A stretch of DNA of 64,000 nucleotides. Source: Anaeromyxobacteraceae bacterium. Lineage in GTDB: Bacteria > Myxococcota > Myxococcia > Myxococcales > Anaeromyxobacteraceae. The translations under genes were made by a program, and so were the position numbers. Positions 1-9,417 of this stretch are shown here, piece after piece. Positions within the stretch are counted from its first letter, which is position 1, and each line of letters begins with the position of its first letter. The stretch lies in contig JAULAX010000018.1 of NCBI GenBank assembly GCA_032654565.1, positions 352,001-416,000 of the forward strand, in the 5' to 3' direction. The notes beneath the pieces are model-generated. The model had not been told where the DNA came from. It saw only the letters and a list, made by a program, of their open reading frames with translations, and ran no database searches.

Positions 1-470
1 TCCGCTCCACCGGCGGCCTCGACCTCAGCCACCTGCTCGGCGACGGGCTGGCGGCGGCCTGGCAGAGCGACGGCCCGGCGCTGCTGCTGGTGGCCCTCTC
101 CATCTTCGTGGTGGCGCTGGCCGAGAACGCCCGCCTGCCGGTGGACGACCCGTCCACCCACCTCGAGCTCACCATGGTCCACGAGGTGATGGTGCTCGAT
201 CACTCGGGTCCCGACCTGGCCCTGATCCAGTACGGCGCCGCGCTCAAGCTCTACCTGTTCGGCGCGCTGGTGGTGAAGCTGGCGCTGGGGGCCCGCTTCG
301 CCGATCCGGCGGCCGCCTTCGTCGCCTTCCTCTGCGGGCAGCTCCTCTTCGCCGCAGGCATCGGCGTGGTCGAGTCGACCATGGCCCGCCTCCGCCTCAG
401 CCGGGTCCCGCAGCTGCTCGTCGGCGCCTCGGTCCTCTCCGGCTTCGCCCTGGTCCTGCTCCTCCGATGA
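1..470 (+). CDS. hyfC: HyfC/NuoH-like membrane subunit of a hydrogenase-4-like (Ehr) complex, 5'-truncated by the window edge
   Basis: Motif LAENARLPVDDPSTHLELTMVHEVMVLDHSG and C-terminal VVESTMARLRL; the frame is open to the window start. Confidence 0.85.
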   Translation, partial: RSTGGLDLSHLLGDGLAAAWQSDGPALLLVALSIFVVALAENARLPVDDPSTHLELTMVHEVMVLDHSGPDLALIQYGAALKLYLFGALVVKLALGARFADPAAAFVAFLCGQLLFAAGIGVVESTMARLRLSRVPQLLVGASVLSGFALVLLLR

Positions 471-1126
471 CCACGCCCATGACCGGCTGGACCGACCTCT
501 TCTTCCTCCTCGTCCTGGTGCTCGACCTGTTCGTGCTGGCCTCCTCCCGGCTGCGCGCCGGCATCCGCGCCGTGGCCGCCCAGGGGGCGCTGCTGGCGGT
601 CCTGCCGGTGGTGCTGGCCGGCGAGGCCACCGAGACCCGCCACGTGGCGGTGCTGGTGGCCGGGGCGCTGCTGGTGAAGGGGGTGGGCATCCCCTGGCTG
701 CTGGCCCGGGCCACCCGGGAGTCGAAGATCAGCCGCGAGGCGGCGCCGCTCCTCGGCTTCGTCCCCACCCTGGTGCTGGGGGCCCTGGGCATCGTGCTGG
801 CCGTCTGGTTCGCGGCCGACCTGCCCTTGCCGGTCCCCGGCAAGCACCCGCTGCTGGTCCCCACCTCGCTGGGGACGGTCTGGTGCGGGCTCCTGCTGAT
901 CATGACCCGGCGCAAGGCGGTAGGGCAGGTGCTCGGCTTCCTGGTGCTGGAGAACGGCGTCTTCGTGCTGGGGCTGCTGCTCTCCGACTTCATGCCGGCC
1001 ATGGTCGAGGTGGGCGTGCTGCTCGACCTCTTCGCCGCGGTCTTCGTCATGGGGCTGGTGATGTTCGACATCCAGCGGGCCTTCAGCTCGCTCGACACCG
1101 AGAACCTGGCGTCGCTGAGGGACTGA
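467..1126 (+). CDS. hyfE: HyfE-like membrane subunit
   Basis: Hydrophobic 219 aa with QVLGFLVLENG motif; ATGA overlap with the upstream gene. Confidence 0.85.
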   Translation: MTTPMTGWTDLFFLLVLVLDLFVLASSRLRAGIRAVAAQGALLAVLPVVLAGEATETRHVAVLVAGALLVKGVGIPWLLARATRESKISREAAPLLGFVPTLVLGALGIVLAVWFAADLPLPVPGKHPLLVPTSLGTVWCGLLLIMTRRKAVGQVLGFLVLENGVFVLGLLLSDFMPAMVEVGVLLDLFAAVFVMGLVMFDIQRAFSSLDTENLASLRD

Positions 1127-1129
1127 CCG

Positions 1130-2560
1130 GTGCTCCTCCTCCTCGTCGCCGCCCCGCTGCTCCTCGCCGTCGTGGCCTTCGCCATGCCCGGGGCCCCGCG
1201 GCGGCCGCGGGTGCTGCTGGCCGGAGCGCTGGTCCACGCCGGCGCGGTGGCCTGGACCTGGGCCTGGCCCCCGGCGCCGATCCTGGGGGGCTGGCTGGCC
1301 GTCGACGCCGCCGGGCTGCTGGTGCTGCTGCTGGTCAGCGCCCTCTTCCTGGTCTGCGCCGTCTACGCCCAGGGCTACCTGGCGCGGCGCCAGGACCGCG
1401 ACAACCGCGCCTTCGTGGCCGGGCTGCTGCTGCTGCTGGGGTCGGTCTCGGCGGTGGCCCTGGCCCAGCACCTCGGCCTGCTCTGGGTGGCCATCGAGAT
1501 CACCACGCTGGCCACCGCCCCGCTCATCTACTTCAACCGCAACGAGCGGGCGCTGGAGGCGGCCTGGAAGTACCTGGTGGTCTGCTCGGTGGGCATCGCC
1601 CTGGCGCTGCTGGGGACCTTCCTGCTGGCGCTCGCCTCGGCCGGCCCCGGGGGGCCCCGGTCGCTGCTGCTGGCCGACCTGCTGGCGGCGGGGCCGGCGC
1701 TGGCGCGGCCGTGGGTCCGCTTCGCCTTCGTCTTCCTGCTGGCCGGGTACGGCACCAAGCTGGGGCTGGCGCCGTTCCACGCCTGGAAGCCCGACGCCTA
1801 CGGCGAGGCCCCGGGGCTGCTCGGCGCCCTGCTCTCCGGCGGCGTCACCAGCGTCGCCTTCCTGGCCTTGATGCGCGTGCTGCAGGTCTGCATCGCCGCC
1901 GGGGAGGGGGCCTTCGCCCGCCAGGCGCTGGTGGCGCTGGGACTGCTCTCCATCGGCCTGGCCGCCGTCTTCCTGGTCCGGCAGCGCGACCTGAAGCGGA
2001 TGCTGGCCTACTCCAGCGTCGAGCACATGGGGATCCTGGCGCTCGGCGTCGGCCTGGGGGGCGTGGCGGCCACCGGCGCCTTCTTCCACCTCCTCTACAA
2101 CGGCCTCACCAAGGGGGCGCTCTTCCTCACCGCGGGGAACATCCACCGCGCCTTCGGCTCCAAGGACGTGGAGAAGGTCCGCGGGGCGGCCCGGGTCCTG
2201 CCGGTCTCCGGCCCGGTCTTCCTGGCCGCCTTCCTGGCCATCACCGGCTCGCCCCCCTTCGCGCCGTTCTTCAGCGAGTTCGCCATCCTCGACGGGGCGC
2301 TGCGGGTCGGCGCCTGGGGGCCGGCGGCCGGCTACCTGCTCGGCCTGGCGGTCATCTTCGTGGGCATGGGGGCGACGGTGCTGCGCATCGTCCAGGGGGC
2401 GCCGCCCCAGGGGTTGGTCGCCACCGCCATGGGCGACTCGCCGCTCACCGCCGGACCGCCGCTGGCGCTGCTGGCGCTGGTGCTGGTGCTGGGGCTCTGG
2501 GTGCCGGCGCCGCTGCGGGCGCTGGTCGAGGCGGCGGCGGCGCTGGTGGGAGGCGGCTGA
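1130..2560 (+). CDS. hyfF: HyfF-like proton-translocating (NuoL/M/N, Mrp-like) membrane subunit
   Basis: ALEAAWKY, GYGTKLGLAPFHAWKPDAYGEAP and KRMLAYSSVEHMG motifs. Confidence 0.9.
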   Translation: MLLLLVAAPLLLAVVAFAMPGAPRRPRVLLAGALVHAGAVAWTWAWPPAPILGGWLAVDAAGLLVLLLVSALFLVCAVYAQGYLARRQDRDNRAFVAGLLLLLGSVSAVALAQHLGLLWVAIEITTLATAPLIYFNRNERALEAAWKYLVVCSVGIALALLGTFLLALASAGPGGPRSLLLADLLAAGPALARPWVRFAFVFLLAGYGTKLGLAPFHAWKPDAYGEAPGLLGALLSGGVTSVAFLALMRVLQVCIAAGEGAFARQALVALGLLSIGLAAVFLVRQRDLKRMLAYSSVEHMGILALGVGLGGVAATGAFFHLLYNGLTKGALFLTAGNIHRAFGSKDVEKVRGAARVLPVSGPVFLAAFLAITGSPPFAPFFSEFAILDGALRVGAWGPAAGYLLGLAVIFVGMGATVLRIVQGAPPQGLVATAMGDSPLTAGPPLALLALVLVLGLWVPAPLRALVEAAAALVGGG

Positions 2561-4086
2561 TGCCCTCGCGGATGATCCTGGTGGCCAACGGGCAGCCCTT
2601 CGACGCCGCGGCGGTGCCGCGCCTGCCGGCCGGGGAGTTCCAGCAGGTGCTGGCCGACGCCGTCACCGCCGGGGCCCGGGTGGCGGCCTACTTCGGCCAG
2701 CCGGACGGCGACGGGCCGGGAGCGGTGCGGGTCACCGCGGTGCTCGCCAACGACGCCGAGGGGCGCCTCGGCGTGCTCTCCACCGTGGCCGGTGAGTCGC
2801 TCCCCTCGCTCGCCGAGGAGTGCCCGGCGCTGCAGCTCTTCGAGCGGGAGCTGGCCGAGCAGTTCGGGGTGGTGCCGCTCGGCCACCCCTGGTTCAAGCC
2901 GGTGCGCTTCGAGCACCCGCTGGGCGGGGCCCACCCGCCCTGGAACCGCTCCCCCTCCCGCCCCACGCTCCCCGGCGACACCCCGTTCTTCGCCGTCTCC
3001 GGCGAGGAGGTGCACGAGGTGGCGGTCGGCCCGGTCCACGCCGGCATCATCGAGCCGGGCCACTTCCGCTTCCAGTGCCACGGCGAGCACGTCTTCCACC
3101 TGGAGATCTCGCTCGGCTACCAGCACCGGGCCATGGAGCGGCTGCTGCAGGGCGGCCCCACCCGCCGCACCACCACGCTGGTGGAGTCGATCGCCGGCGA
3201 CACCGTGGTGGGCCACGCGCTGGCCTCGGCCCGCGCCCTGGAGGGGCTGGCCGGGCGGGAGGCGCCGCGCCGGGCGGCGGTGCTGCGGGCGGCGGCGCTG
3301 GAGCTGGAGCGGCTGGCCAACCACGTCGGCGACCTCGGGGCGCTGGCCGGCGACGTCGGCTACCTGCCCACCGCCAGCTTCTGCGGGGCCCTGCGCGCCG
3401 ACTACCTCAACGCCCTGGCCGAGCTGTGCGGCAACCGGTTCGGGCGCGGCCTGGTGGTGCCCGGCGGGGTGCGCTTCGACCTCACGGCCGCCGCGGCCGC
3501 CCGGCTCGCCGACCGGCTGGCCGAGGCCTGGACCCGGGTGGAGGAGGCGGCCGGCCTCTTCTTCGACTCGCCGTCGGTGGGCAACCGGACCGACGGCACC
3601 GGCCAGCTCGACGAGGCGTCGGCCGCCCGGCTCGGGCTGGTGGGGCCGGCGGCGCGGGCCTCGGGGCTGAAGGTCGACCAGCGGCGCACCCACCCGTTCG
3701 CCCCCTACACCACCGCCCACGTGCCGCTGCCCACCGTGACCAGCGGCGACGTCCACGCCCGGGCCTGGGTGCGGCTCGAGGAGGCCCGCCACTCCGCCGG
3801 GCTGGTCGACCGGTGGCTGCGCGATCTGCCCCCCGGCGAGCCCCGCCTCGACCTCCCGGCGCTGTCGCCCCGCCGGCTGGTGGTCTCGCTGGTGGAGGGC
3901 TGGCGCGGCGAGCTCTGCCACGTGGTGGCCACCGGCGACGACGGGCGCTTCCTCCGCTACAAGGTGGTGGACGCCTCGTTCCACAACTGGGCCGGGCTGG
4001 CGCTGGCCATGCGCGGCGAGCAGATCTCCGACTTCCCGCTCTGCAACAAGAGCTTCAACCTCTCCTACTGCGGACACGACCTGTGA
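2560..4086 (+). CDS. HyfG/HycE-like large subunit (NuoC+NuoD-like) lacking the Ni-binding CxxC motifs (Ehr large subunit)
   Basis: ATG at 2560 overlaps the hyfF stop; VAVGPVHAGIIEPGHFRF, ELERLANH and VEGWRGE motifs; ends NKSFNLSYCGHDL. Confidence 0.85.
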   Translation: MPSRMILVANGQPFDAAAVPRLPAGEFQQVLADAVTAGARVAAYFGQPDGDGPGAVRVTAVLANDAEGRLGVLSTVAGESLPSLAEECPALQLFERELAEQFGVVPLGHPWFKPVRFEHPLGGAHPPWNRSPSRPTLPGDTPFFAVSGEEVHEVAVGPVHAGIIEPGHFRFQCHGEHVFHLEISLGYQHRAMERLLQGGPTRRTTTLVESIAGDTVVGHALASARALEGLAGREAPRRAAVLRAAALELERLANHVGDLGALAGDVGYLPTASFCGALRADYLNALAELCGNRFGRGLVVPGGVRFDLTAAAAARLADRLAEAWTRVEEAAGLFFDSPSVGNRTDGTGQLDEASAARLGLVGPAARASGLKVDQRRTHPFAPYTTAHVPLPTVTSGDVHARAWVRLEEARHSAGLVDRWLRDLPPGEPRLDLPALSPRRLVVSLVEGWRGELCHVVATGDDGRFLRYKVVDASFHNWAGLALAMRGEQISDFPLCNKSFNLSYCGHDL

Positions 4087-4919
4087 AGGGACTGCTGCGT
4101 ACCCGGTTCCACCTGGGCCACCAGACCATCGCCTGGCCGGACGGGCCGGCCCGCTTCCCGGAGCGCTTCCGGGGACGGCCGGCAATCCACCCGGAGCGCT
4201 GCGCCGAGGGCTGCCATGACTGCGAGGCGGCCTGCCCCACCGAGGCCATCCGCGGCGCGGCCTCGAAGGCGCTGGCCCTCGACACCGGCGCCTGCACCTT
4301 CTGCGGCCTCTGCGAGGAGGCGTGCGCGGCGCGGGCCATCGTCTTCACCCGCGATCCGCGGCTGGCGTCGCGCACCCGCGAGGCGCTGGTGGTCGGCGGC
4401 GACGAGCCGCAGCGGGTGGCGGCGCTCGACGCCCGGATGCGCCGGCTCTTCGGCCGCTCGCTCAAGCTGCGCCAGGTCTCGGCCGGCGGCTGCAACGGCT
4501 GCGAGGCCGAGCTCAACGCCACCGGCAACGTGCAGTTCGACCTCTCCCGCTTCGGCATCCAGTTCGTGGCCTCGCCGCGCCACGCCGACGGCCTGGTGGT
4601 GACCGGGCCGGTCACCGAGAACATGCGGGCGGCGCTGCTGGCCACCTGGGAGGCGGTCCCGGCGCCGAAGCTGCTCATCGCCGTGGGGGCCTGCGCCTGC
4701 TCGGGCGGGCCGCTGGCCGGCAGCCCGGTCTGCGCCGACGGCCTGGCCGGCGTCCTCCCCGGGGTGGTGGTGGACCTCTGGATCCCCGGCTGCCCCCCGC
4801 ACCCGGTCACCGTGCTCGACGGCCTGCTCCGGCTGCTGGGGCGGCTCGAGCACGACGAGCCGCGGCTGGAGGGGGCCGGGGTGGCGGCGCCGGCCGATCC
4901 ACCGCCGGGGGTCACTTGA
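4083..4919 (+). CDS. Fused 2x[4Fe-4S] ferredoxin (HyfH-like) and NuoB/HyfI-like small subunit
   Basis: GTG at 4083 (GTGA overlap); CAEGCHDCEAACP and CTFCGLCEEAC, then GGCNGCEAE, ASPRHAD, VGACA and IPGCPP. Confidence 0.85.
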   Translation: MKGLLRTRFHLGHQTIAWPDGPARFPERFRGRPAIHPERCAEGCHDCEAACPTEAIRGAASKALALDTGACTFCGLCEEACAARAIVFTRDPRLASRTREALVVGGDEPQRVAALDARMRRLFGRSLKLRQVSAGGCNGCEAELNATGNVQFDLSRFGIQFVASPRHADGLVVTGPVTENMRAALLATWEAVPAPKLLIAVGACACSGGPLAGSPVCADGLAGVLPGVVVDLWIPGCPPHPVTVLDGLLRLLGRLEHDEPRLEGAGVAAPADPPPGVT

Positions 4920-5015
4920 TCGGGCGACGATGAGGCCCACATGGGCACCCTTGCAATCGGGTGGCGCGTGGTAGGGAAAAGGGGTCGCACCCAAAAAAAC
5001 GCCCATGGAGGAATC

Positions 5016-5660
5016 ATGACTCTCGTTCCAAACCGTGCCCAGGTGGCCTCGCTCGTCGTCGGTTTGTCTCTCCTCGTGGGGTGCGCCGGGTCCAAGGGCG
5101 CCGATGGTGCCACGGGTCCTGCCGGTCCTGCTGGTACGAACGGTACGAACGGCACTGCCGGTCCTGCCGGTCCTGCTGGTCCTGCCGGTCCTGCTGGTCC
5201 TGCCGGTCCTGTCGGTCCCGCCGGTGCGGTGGGTGCCGCCGGCCCACAGGGAATCTCCGGCGTGGTCAACACGCTCTACGTCAACACCACAGCCACCAGC
5301 GCGGCCTTCGTGGGGAGCACGTTCCAGTACCTCTGCAAGACCCCCGCCTACGTCGCCGGGGCCGGTGAGCGCGCCATCATCAACGTGCAGGCCTCGGCGA
5401 CCGTTCCGGTCGGGTCCGGCATCGGCGTTCGTCCCGGCTACAACGTGAATGCCGGCGTGGACACCAATTTTGGCCTCTGGATGTACCAGAGGAACAACGG
5501 CACCGGCGTGGCCGGCGTCACCAACGGCATGAGCGGCGTGCTCAGCCTGACGGCCGGGTCCACCTACATCTTCTCCGTGGCCGTGGTTGATTCGGAGTCG
5601 GCCGGGTTCCCGGCCACCACCGTCTGGTGCAACACCCTGGTGACCATCGTCAAGACCTAG
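5016..5660 (+). CDS. Collagen-like (Gly-X-Y) lipoprotein with a C-terminal beta-rich domain
   Basis: GGAGG RBS before ATG 5016; lipobox LLVGC; uninterrupted GXY run dominated by GPA. Confidence 0.75.
   Translation: MTLVPNRAQVASLVVGLSLLVGCAGSKGADGATGPAGPAGTNGTNGTAGPAGPAGPAGPAGPAGPVGPAGAVGAAGPQGISGVVNTLYVNTTATSAAFVGSTFQYLCKTPAYVAGAGERAIINVQASATVPVGSGIGVRPGYNVNAGVDTNFGLWMYQRNNGTGVAGVTNGMSGVLSLTAGSTYIFSVAVVDSESAGFPATTVWCNTLVTIVKT
5116..5250 (+). repeat. Coding 9-bp tandem repeats (GGTCCTGCC/GGTCCTGCT; GGTACGAAC x2)
   Basis: Directly visible; encodes (GPA)n and GTN repeats. Confidence 0.9.
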
Positions 5661-5682
5661 GGCCAGACCCCGTAGTGCTTGT

Positions 5683-5717
5683 CGCGGGGCGCGGGGCAAC
5701 CAGGCCCGCGCCCCGCG
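5683..5717 (+). terminator. GC-rich hairpin, candidate terminator or RNA stabiliser
   Basis: Perfect 13-bp stem CGCGGGGCGCGGG / CCCGCGCCCCGCG after the collagen-like gene; the U-tail is weak. Confidence 0.5.
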
Positions 5718-5727
5718 CCTTCACGTC

Positions 5728-6309
5728 ATGACTACCACAACCACTCCGGTCTCCCTCCGTTCGCGATGGCCCCTCGCTCTCGGGGCGCTCCTCGTCGTCG
5801 GGCTCTCCTTCCTGGCCGGTCGCGCCTCGGTGGACGACCCACCCCGCCGCTCCGCCACCGCCGGTGGCGTCGCTCCGGAGCGCCAGCCCGAGGGGTGGAG
5901 CGCGCCTCCGCTCCAGCCCGGCGAGGTGCGGCCGGCGGTCGGGCCTTCCGCCGGCACCCCGGTCGCGGTGGCCGTCCCCGTGGCACCCACCCCGGCACCC
6001 CGCTTCGCCTCGCCGGAGCTGGTCGAGCAGGTCCGCCAGGCGACCACCGTGGCGCTCCAGGCCCAGCGCGACCAGATCGCCACGCGCTGCTGGCCCGAGC
6101 AGCCCGGCCATGCCCGGGTCCGCCCTCGCAGCGTGACCTTCCACGTGGTCTTTGACGGGCAGGGCAAGGAGATGTCGCGCAGCCTCGCCGACGAGAGCGG
6201 CGACCTGCCGCCGTCCGTCCAGGCCTGCCTGACCAACTCGGGCGACAGCGTGCAGATCGGGGCACCGGGCCTGGATCTCGCGGTCACGGCCACGCTCGAA
6301 CTCCACTGA
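5728..6309 (+). CDS. Hypothetical membrane-anchored protein: TM helix, Pro-rich linker, Cys-pair C-terminal domain (possibly AgmX/TonB-C-like)
   Basis: ORF with typical codon usage; N-terminal hydrophobic helix; RCWP...QACL. Confidence 0.55.
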   Translation: MTTTTTPVSLRSRWPLALGALLVVGLSFLAGRASVDDPPRRSATAGGVAPERQPEGWSAPPLQPGEVRPAVGPSAGTPVAVAVPVAPTPAPRFASPELVEQVRQATTVALQAQRDQIATRCWPEQPGHARVRPRSVTFHVVFDGQGKEMSRSLADESGDLPPSVQACLTNSGDSVQIGAPGLDLAVTATLELH

Positions 6310-6359
6310 ACAGGGGCCGTGCGCTTGCGGCGCCGGCCGCGAGGCGCGATCGTGCCGGC

Positions 6360-7082
6360 ATGACCGGCCTCCCCGACGACCTCGCCCGCCGCATCCTCGA
6401 GGGTTCACCCGACGCCGTGCTGGTCTCCGACCGGGCCGGCGCCATCCGCGGCTGGAACGGCGCGGCCGAGCGGCTCTTCGGCTTCCCGGCGGCCGAGGCG
6501 CTGGGCGTCTCGATGGATCTCATCGTCCCGGAGCGGCTGCGCGGCCGCCACTGGGGCGGCTGGGAGCAGGTCATGGCCTCGGGCGTGACCCGCTACGGCC
6601 AGGGCCAGCTGCTGGCGGTGCCGGCGCTCCACAAGGACGGCCGGCAGCTCTCGGTGGAGTTCTCCATCCAGCTGCTCAAGGACAGCGCCGGCCAGATCGA
6701 GTGGGTGGTGGCCGTCTTCCGCGACGTCACCGAGCGGTTCCAGCGCGACAAGGCGCTCAAGCTCCGGCTCAAGGAGCTGGAGACGACGCTCGGTGCGGCG
6801 GGCCAGGCGGTGCCCCTCCGCCCACCGCCGGCCGAGGCCGCGCCGGGGAGCCCGCGGGTGGTGAAGCGGCTCGACGCCCGGCCGCTCAAGGCCGCCGGCA
6901 TCCACCCGGTGGAGCAGGTGCTCGAGGAGGTCGCGCGGCTGGGTCCGGGCCAGGCCTTCGAGCTGGTCACACCGCACCTCCCGGGGCCCATCCTGGAGCG
7001 GGCCGGCGCGCTGGGCGTGAAGGGGAGGACCGTCCAGGTCGGACCCGAAGAGTTCGTCACCACCTTCACCCGCGAAGGGTAG
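6360..7082 (+). CDS. PAS-domain protein fused to a C-terminal DUF2249/TusA-like domain
   Basis: PAS signature DAVLVSDRAG..WNGAAERLFG..HKDG..RDVTER; C-terminal LDARP...GQAFELVTPHLP. Confidence 0.75.
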   Translation: MTGLPDDLARRILEGSPDAVLVSDRAGAIRGWNGAAERLFGFPAAEALGVSMDLIVPERLRGRHWGGWEQVMASGVTRYGQGQLLAVPALHKDGRQLSVEFSIQLLKDSAGQIEWVVAVFRDVTERFQRDKALKLRLKELETTLGAAGQAVPLRPPPAEAAPGSPRVVKRLDARPLKAAGIHPVEQVLEEVARLGPGQAFELVTPHLPGPILERAGALGVKGRTVQVGPEEFVTTFTREG

Positions 7083-7193
7083 GGCCGCCGCCCGGCCCGG
7101 CGAAGGCCAGCGCGGTCGCAGTGTCGGTGGCCTGGGAGCGCTGGGCCGCCCACCGCCGCGCCCGGGCCAGCCCGGCGACGCCGGGTGGGCTGG

Positions 7194-8039
7194 CTAGAGG
7201 TCGGCCCGGGAGAGCCGGCGGATCGCCGCCAGGGTCGGCAGCACCGTCCAGGCCACCAGGGAGAGGGTCACCAGCACCGCGGCGCCGGCCGTGCCATGGG
7301 TGAAGCGCAGCAGCGCCAGGGAACCGGAGCCGAAGGCGGCGGTGCCCTCGATGGCGAGCAGGGCGCCGGTCCGCATGGCGCTGGCGGGGTTCAGGAGGAC
7401 CGAGAGGATGAGGAGCCGGGAGGCCGCCGTGGAGGGCAGCAGCGACGCCACGCCCAGCGCCACCAGGTCGACGAGGAGCACGGCCACGAACCAGACCACC
7501 AGGGCAACGGCCAGCGCCCGGGCCCGCTTTCGACCGACCGCACCGGCCGCGATGAGCGCGGCCAGCGCCAGGAACACGGCGGTGAGGAGGAACGAGCCCA
7601 GCACCAGCAGCGCGTAGCCGGCCGCGCCGTCCTCTCCGGTGTTCTGGAAGACCACCAGCCCGGCCAGGCCGAAGCCGACGGCCTCGGCGGCGGCCAGGGC
7701 CGCGAGCAGGCCGAGGAGCTTGCCGACCAGGATCTGGCGGCGTGCGATGGGCTGGGAGAAGAGCAGCTCGGCGGCGCCTCGTTCCGGGGCCAGGGCCATC
7801 ACGCCCATGAGGAGCGAGGCCAGCGGCACCACCAGCGCCACCAGCTGCACCAGCGAGGCGCTGGTGCGGGCGAAGTCCTGGAAGCCGTGACCGCCAGAGA
7901 GGATGTAGCCCGACGCGGAGACTCCCAGCGCCAGGACCGCGAAGACCGCGGCGAAGATCTGGGTCCAGCGCGAGCGAGCCGCCAGGAGCAGCTCCTGGCG
8001 GGCCACCAGCAGCACCAGGGAGGTGCGTGGGGCGCTCAT
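7194..8039 (-). CDS. nosY: NosY ABC transporter permease
   Basis: ARQELL..RSRW and ERGAAELLFSQPI motifs; operon context; ATGA overlap with nosL. Confidence 0.85.
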   Translation of the reverse strand: MSAPRTSLVLLVARQELLLAARSRWTQIFAAVFAVLALGVSASGYILSGGHGFQDFARTSASLVQLVALVVPLASLLMGVMALAPERGAAELLFSQPIARRQILVGKLLGLLAALAAAEAVGFGLAGLVVFQNTGEDGAAGYALLVLGSFLLTAVFLALAALIAAGAVGRKRARALAVALVVWFVAVLLVDLVALGVASLLPSTAASRLLILSVLLNPASAMRTGALLAIEGTAAFGSGSLALLRFTHGTAGAAVLVTLSLVAWTVLPTLAAIRRLSRADL

Positions 8040-8521
8040 GGCGTGCCGTCCGGCGGACCCTCGGGCCCGAAGAGATCGGCCGCGGTCCTCGGCGTCCCCC
8101 CAGCCGTGGCCGGATCGCCGTCGCGGGAAGCGGAGCTGGCGTGGGCGACCAGGTGCGAGGCCATGGGGGTCTGCAGCGCCTCGCGGTGGGTGAAGACCGC
8201 CCTGGAGGCGCGCACCCAATCCCGGGTGCCGTGGTCGGCCACGAAGGCCACCGAGCCGCGAGGCAGCCGCGGCTTCGCCATCAGATAGCCGCGCAGGCAG
8301 CCGATGTCGTCGAAGTGTCGGGCCTCCTCCCCTGGCGCCGCCAGCTGCGCAGCGAAGCGGGCATCGGAGACGGCCATGCGGCAGTGGGCACAGGTGTCGT
8401 TCCTGGTGTCGACGGCGCTGGGCTGCGCTGGACCGCGGCTGCAGGCAATCAAGCTCAAGGCCAGGGCCAGGGCCAAAGCGAGGTGCACGGCGGCCTCTGC
8501 GGCGACGCGGAGGGCCTTCAC
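8036..8521 (-). CDS. nosL: NosL copper chaperone lipoprotein
   Basis: Lipobox LIAC; CAHCRM, FDDIGC and TPM motifs. Confidence 0.9.
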   Translation of the reverse strand: MKALRVAAEAAVHLALALALALSLIACSRGPAQPSAVDTRNDTCAHCRMAVSDARFAAQLAAPGEEARHFDDIGCLRGYLMAKPRLPRGSVAFVADHGTRDWVRASRAVFTHREALQTPMASHLVAHASSASRDGDPATAGGTPRTAADLFGPEGPPDGTP

Positions 8522-9417
8522 GGGGCTGCCTCCGTCAGGTCCCGGTAGAGGGTGTCGAGGCGGCCGTCATCCGAGGCGATCCCCCGGATCTCGACGCCAC
8601 CCGACCGGACCGCCTCGAGCGCCGCGGCGCGAACCTCGGCCGCCCCGGGAATGGCGAGCTGCGACATAGCCCAGCGGGTCCCCGGAGCGGCGCGCTGGAC
8701 CCGCGCCAGCAGCTCCGGCGGACAGGCGTCGAGCCGGAGCCGCATCACGCCGCGCGAGGCCAGGCGGTCCGAGAGCTCGCGCTGGGTCAGGTCGGCCACC
8801 AGCCTCCCCTCCACCAGCACCGCCACCCGGTCGGCGAGCCGCTCCACGTCGCCCCACTGGTGCGAGGTGAAGAGCACGGTCTGGCCATGCTGCCGGCGCT
8901 GCTCCACCAGGCCGTAGAAGGCGCAGAGGCCATCGGCGTCCAGGGAGGAGGTGGGCTCGTCGAGGAGCAGCACCGGTGCGCTGGGAAGCGCCGCCACCGC
9001 CAGCCCCAGCCGCTGGGTCATGCCTCCGGAGTAGGTGCCCACCTGCCGCGCGGCCGCGCCATTGAGCGCCGCCACCTGGAGCACCTCGTCGGTCCGTGCC
9101 GGCTCTACGCCGCGAAGCAGGCGGTAGAACTCCACCACCTCACGCCCGGTGAGCAGGTCGGGGAAGGAGACCTTCTGGGGCAGGAAGGAGAGCACCCGGC
9201 GGGCCCCAGGCAGCGTCGCCGGGAGGCCCGGCTCCCCGACCAGGACCTGCCCCGACGAGGGGCGCAGCAGCCCGGCAGCCGCCTTGAGCGAGGTGGTCTT
9301 GCCCGAGCCGTTGGGGCCGAGGAGCGCCACCACCTCGCCGGCCCTGACCGTCAGGGTCAGCGCCTCGACGGCCCGGTGGGCCCCGAAGGACTTCTGCAGG
9401 GCATCGAAGCGGATCAC
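8518..9417 (-). CDS. nosF: NosF ABC transporter ATPase
   Basis: Walker A GPNGSGKT, YSGGMTQR and LLDEP; lies between nosD and nosL. Confidence 0.9.
   Translation of the reverse strand: MIRFDALQKSFGAHRAVEALTLTVRAGEVVALLGPNGSGKTTSLKAAAGLLRPSSGQVLVGEPGLPATLPGARRVLSFLPQKVSFPDLLTGREVVEFYRLLRGVEPARTDEVLQVAALNGAAARQVGTYSGGMTQRLGLAVAALPSAPVLLLDEPTSSLDADGLCAFYGLVEQRRQHGQTVLFTSHQWGDVERLADRVAVLVEGRLVADLTQRELSDRLASRGVMRLRLDACPPELLARVQRAAPGTRWAMSQLAIPGAAEVRAAALEAVRSGGVEIRGIASDDGRLDTLYRDLTEAAP

Noticed and set aside
2560..4086. Functional [NiFe] or [NiFeSe] hydrogenase, or selenocysteine read-through
   Set aside because: Both CxxC motifs are absent; the terminal TGA overlaps the next gene's GTG start and behaves as a normal stop
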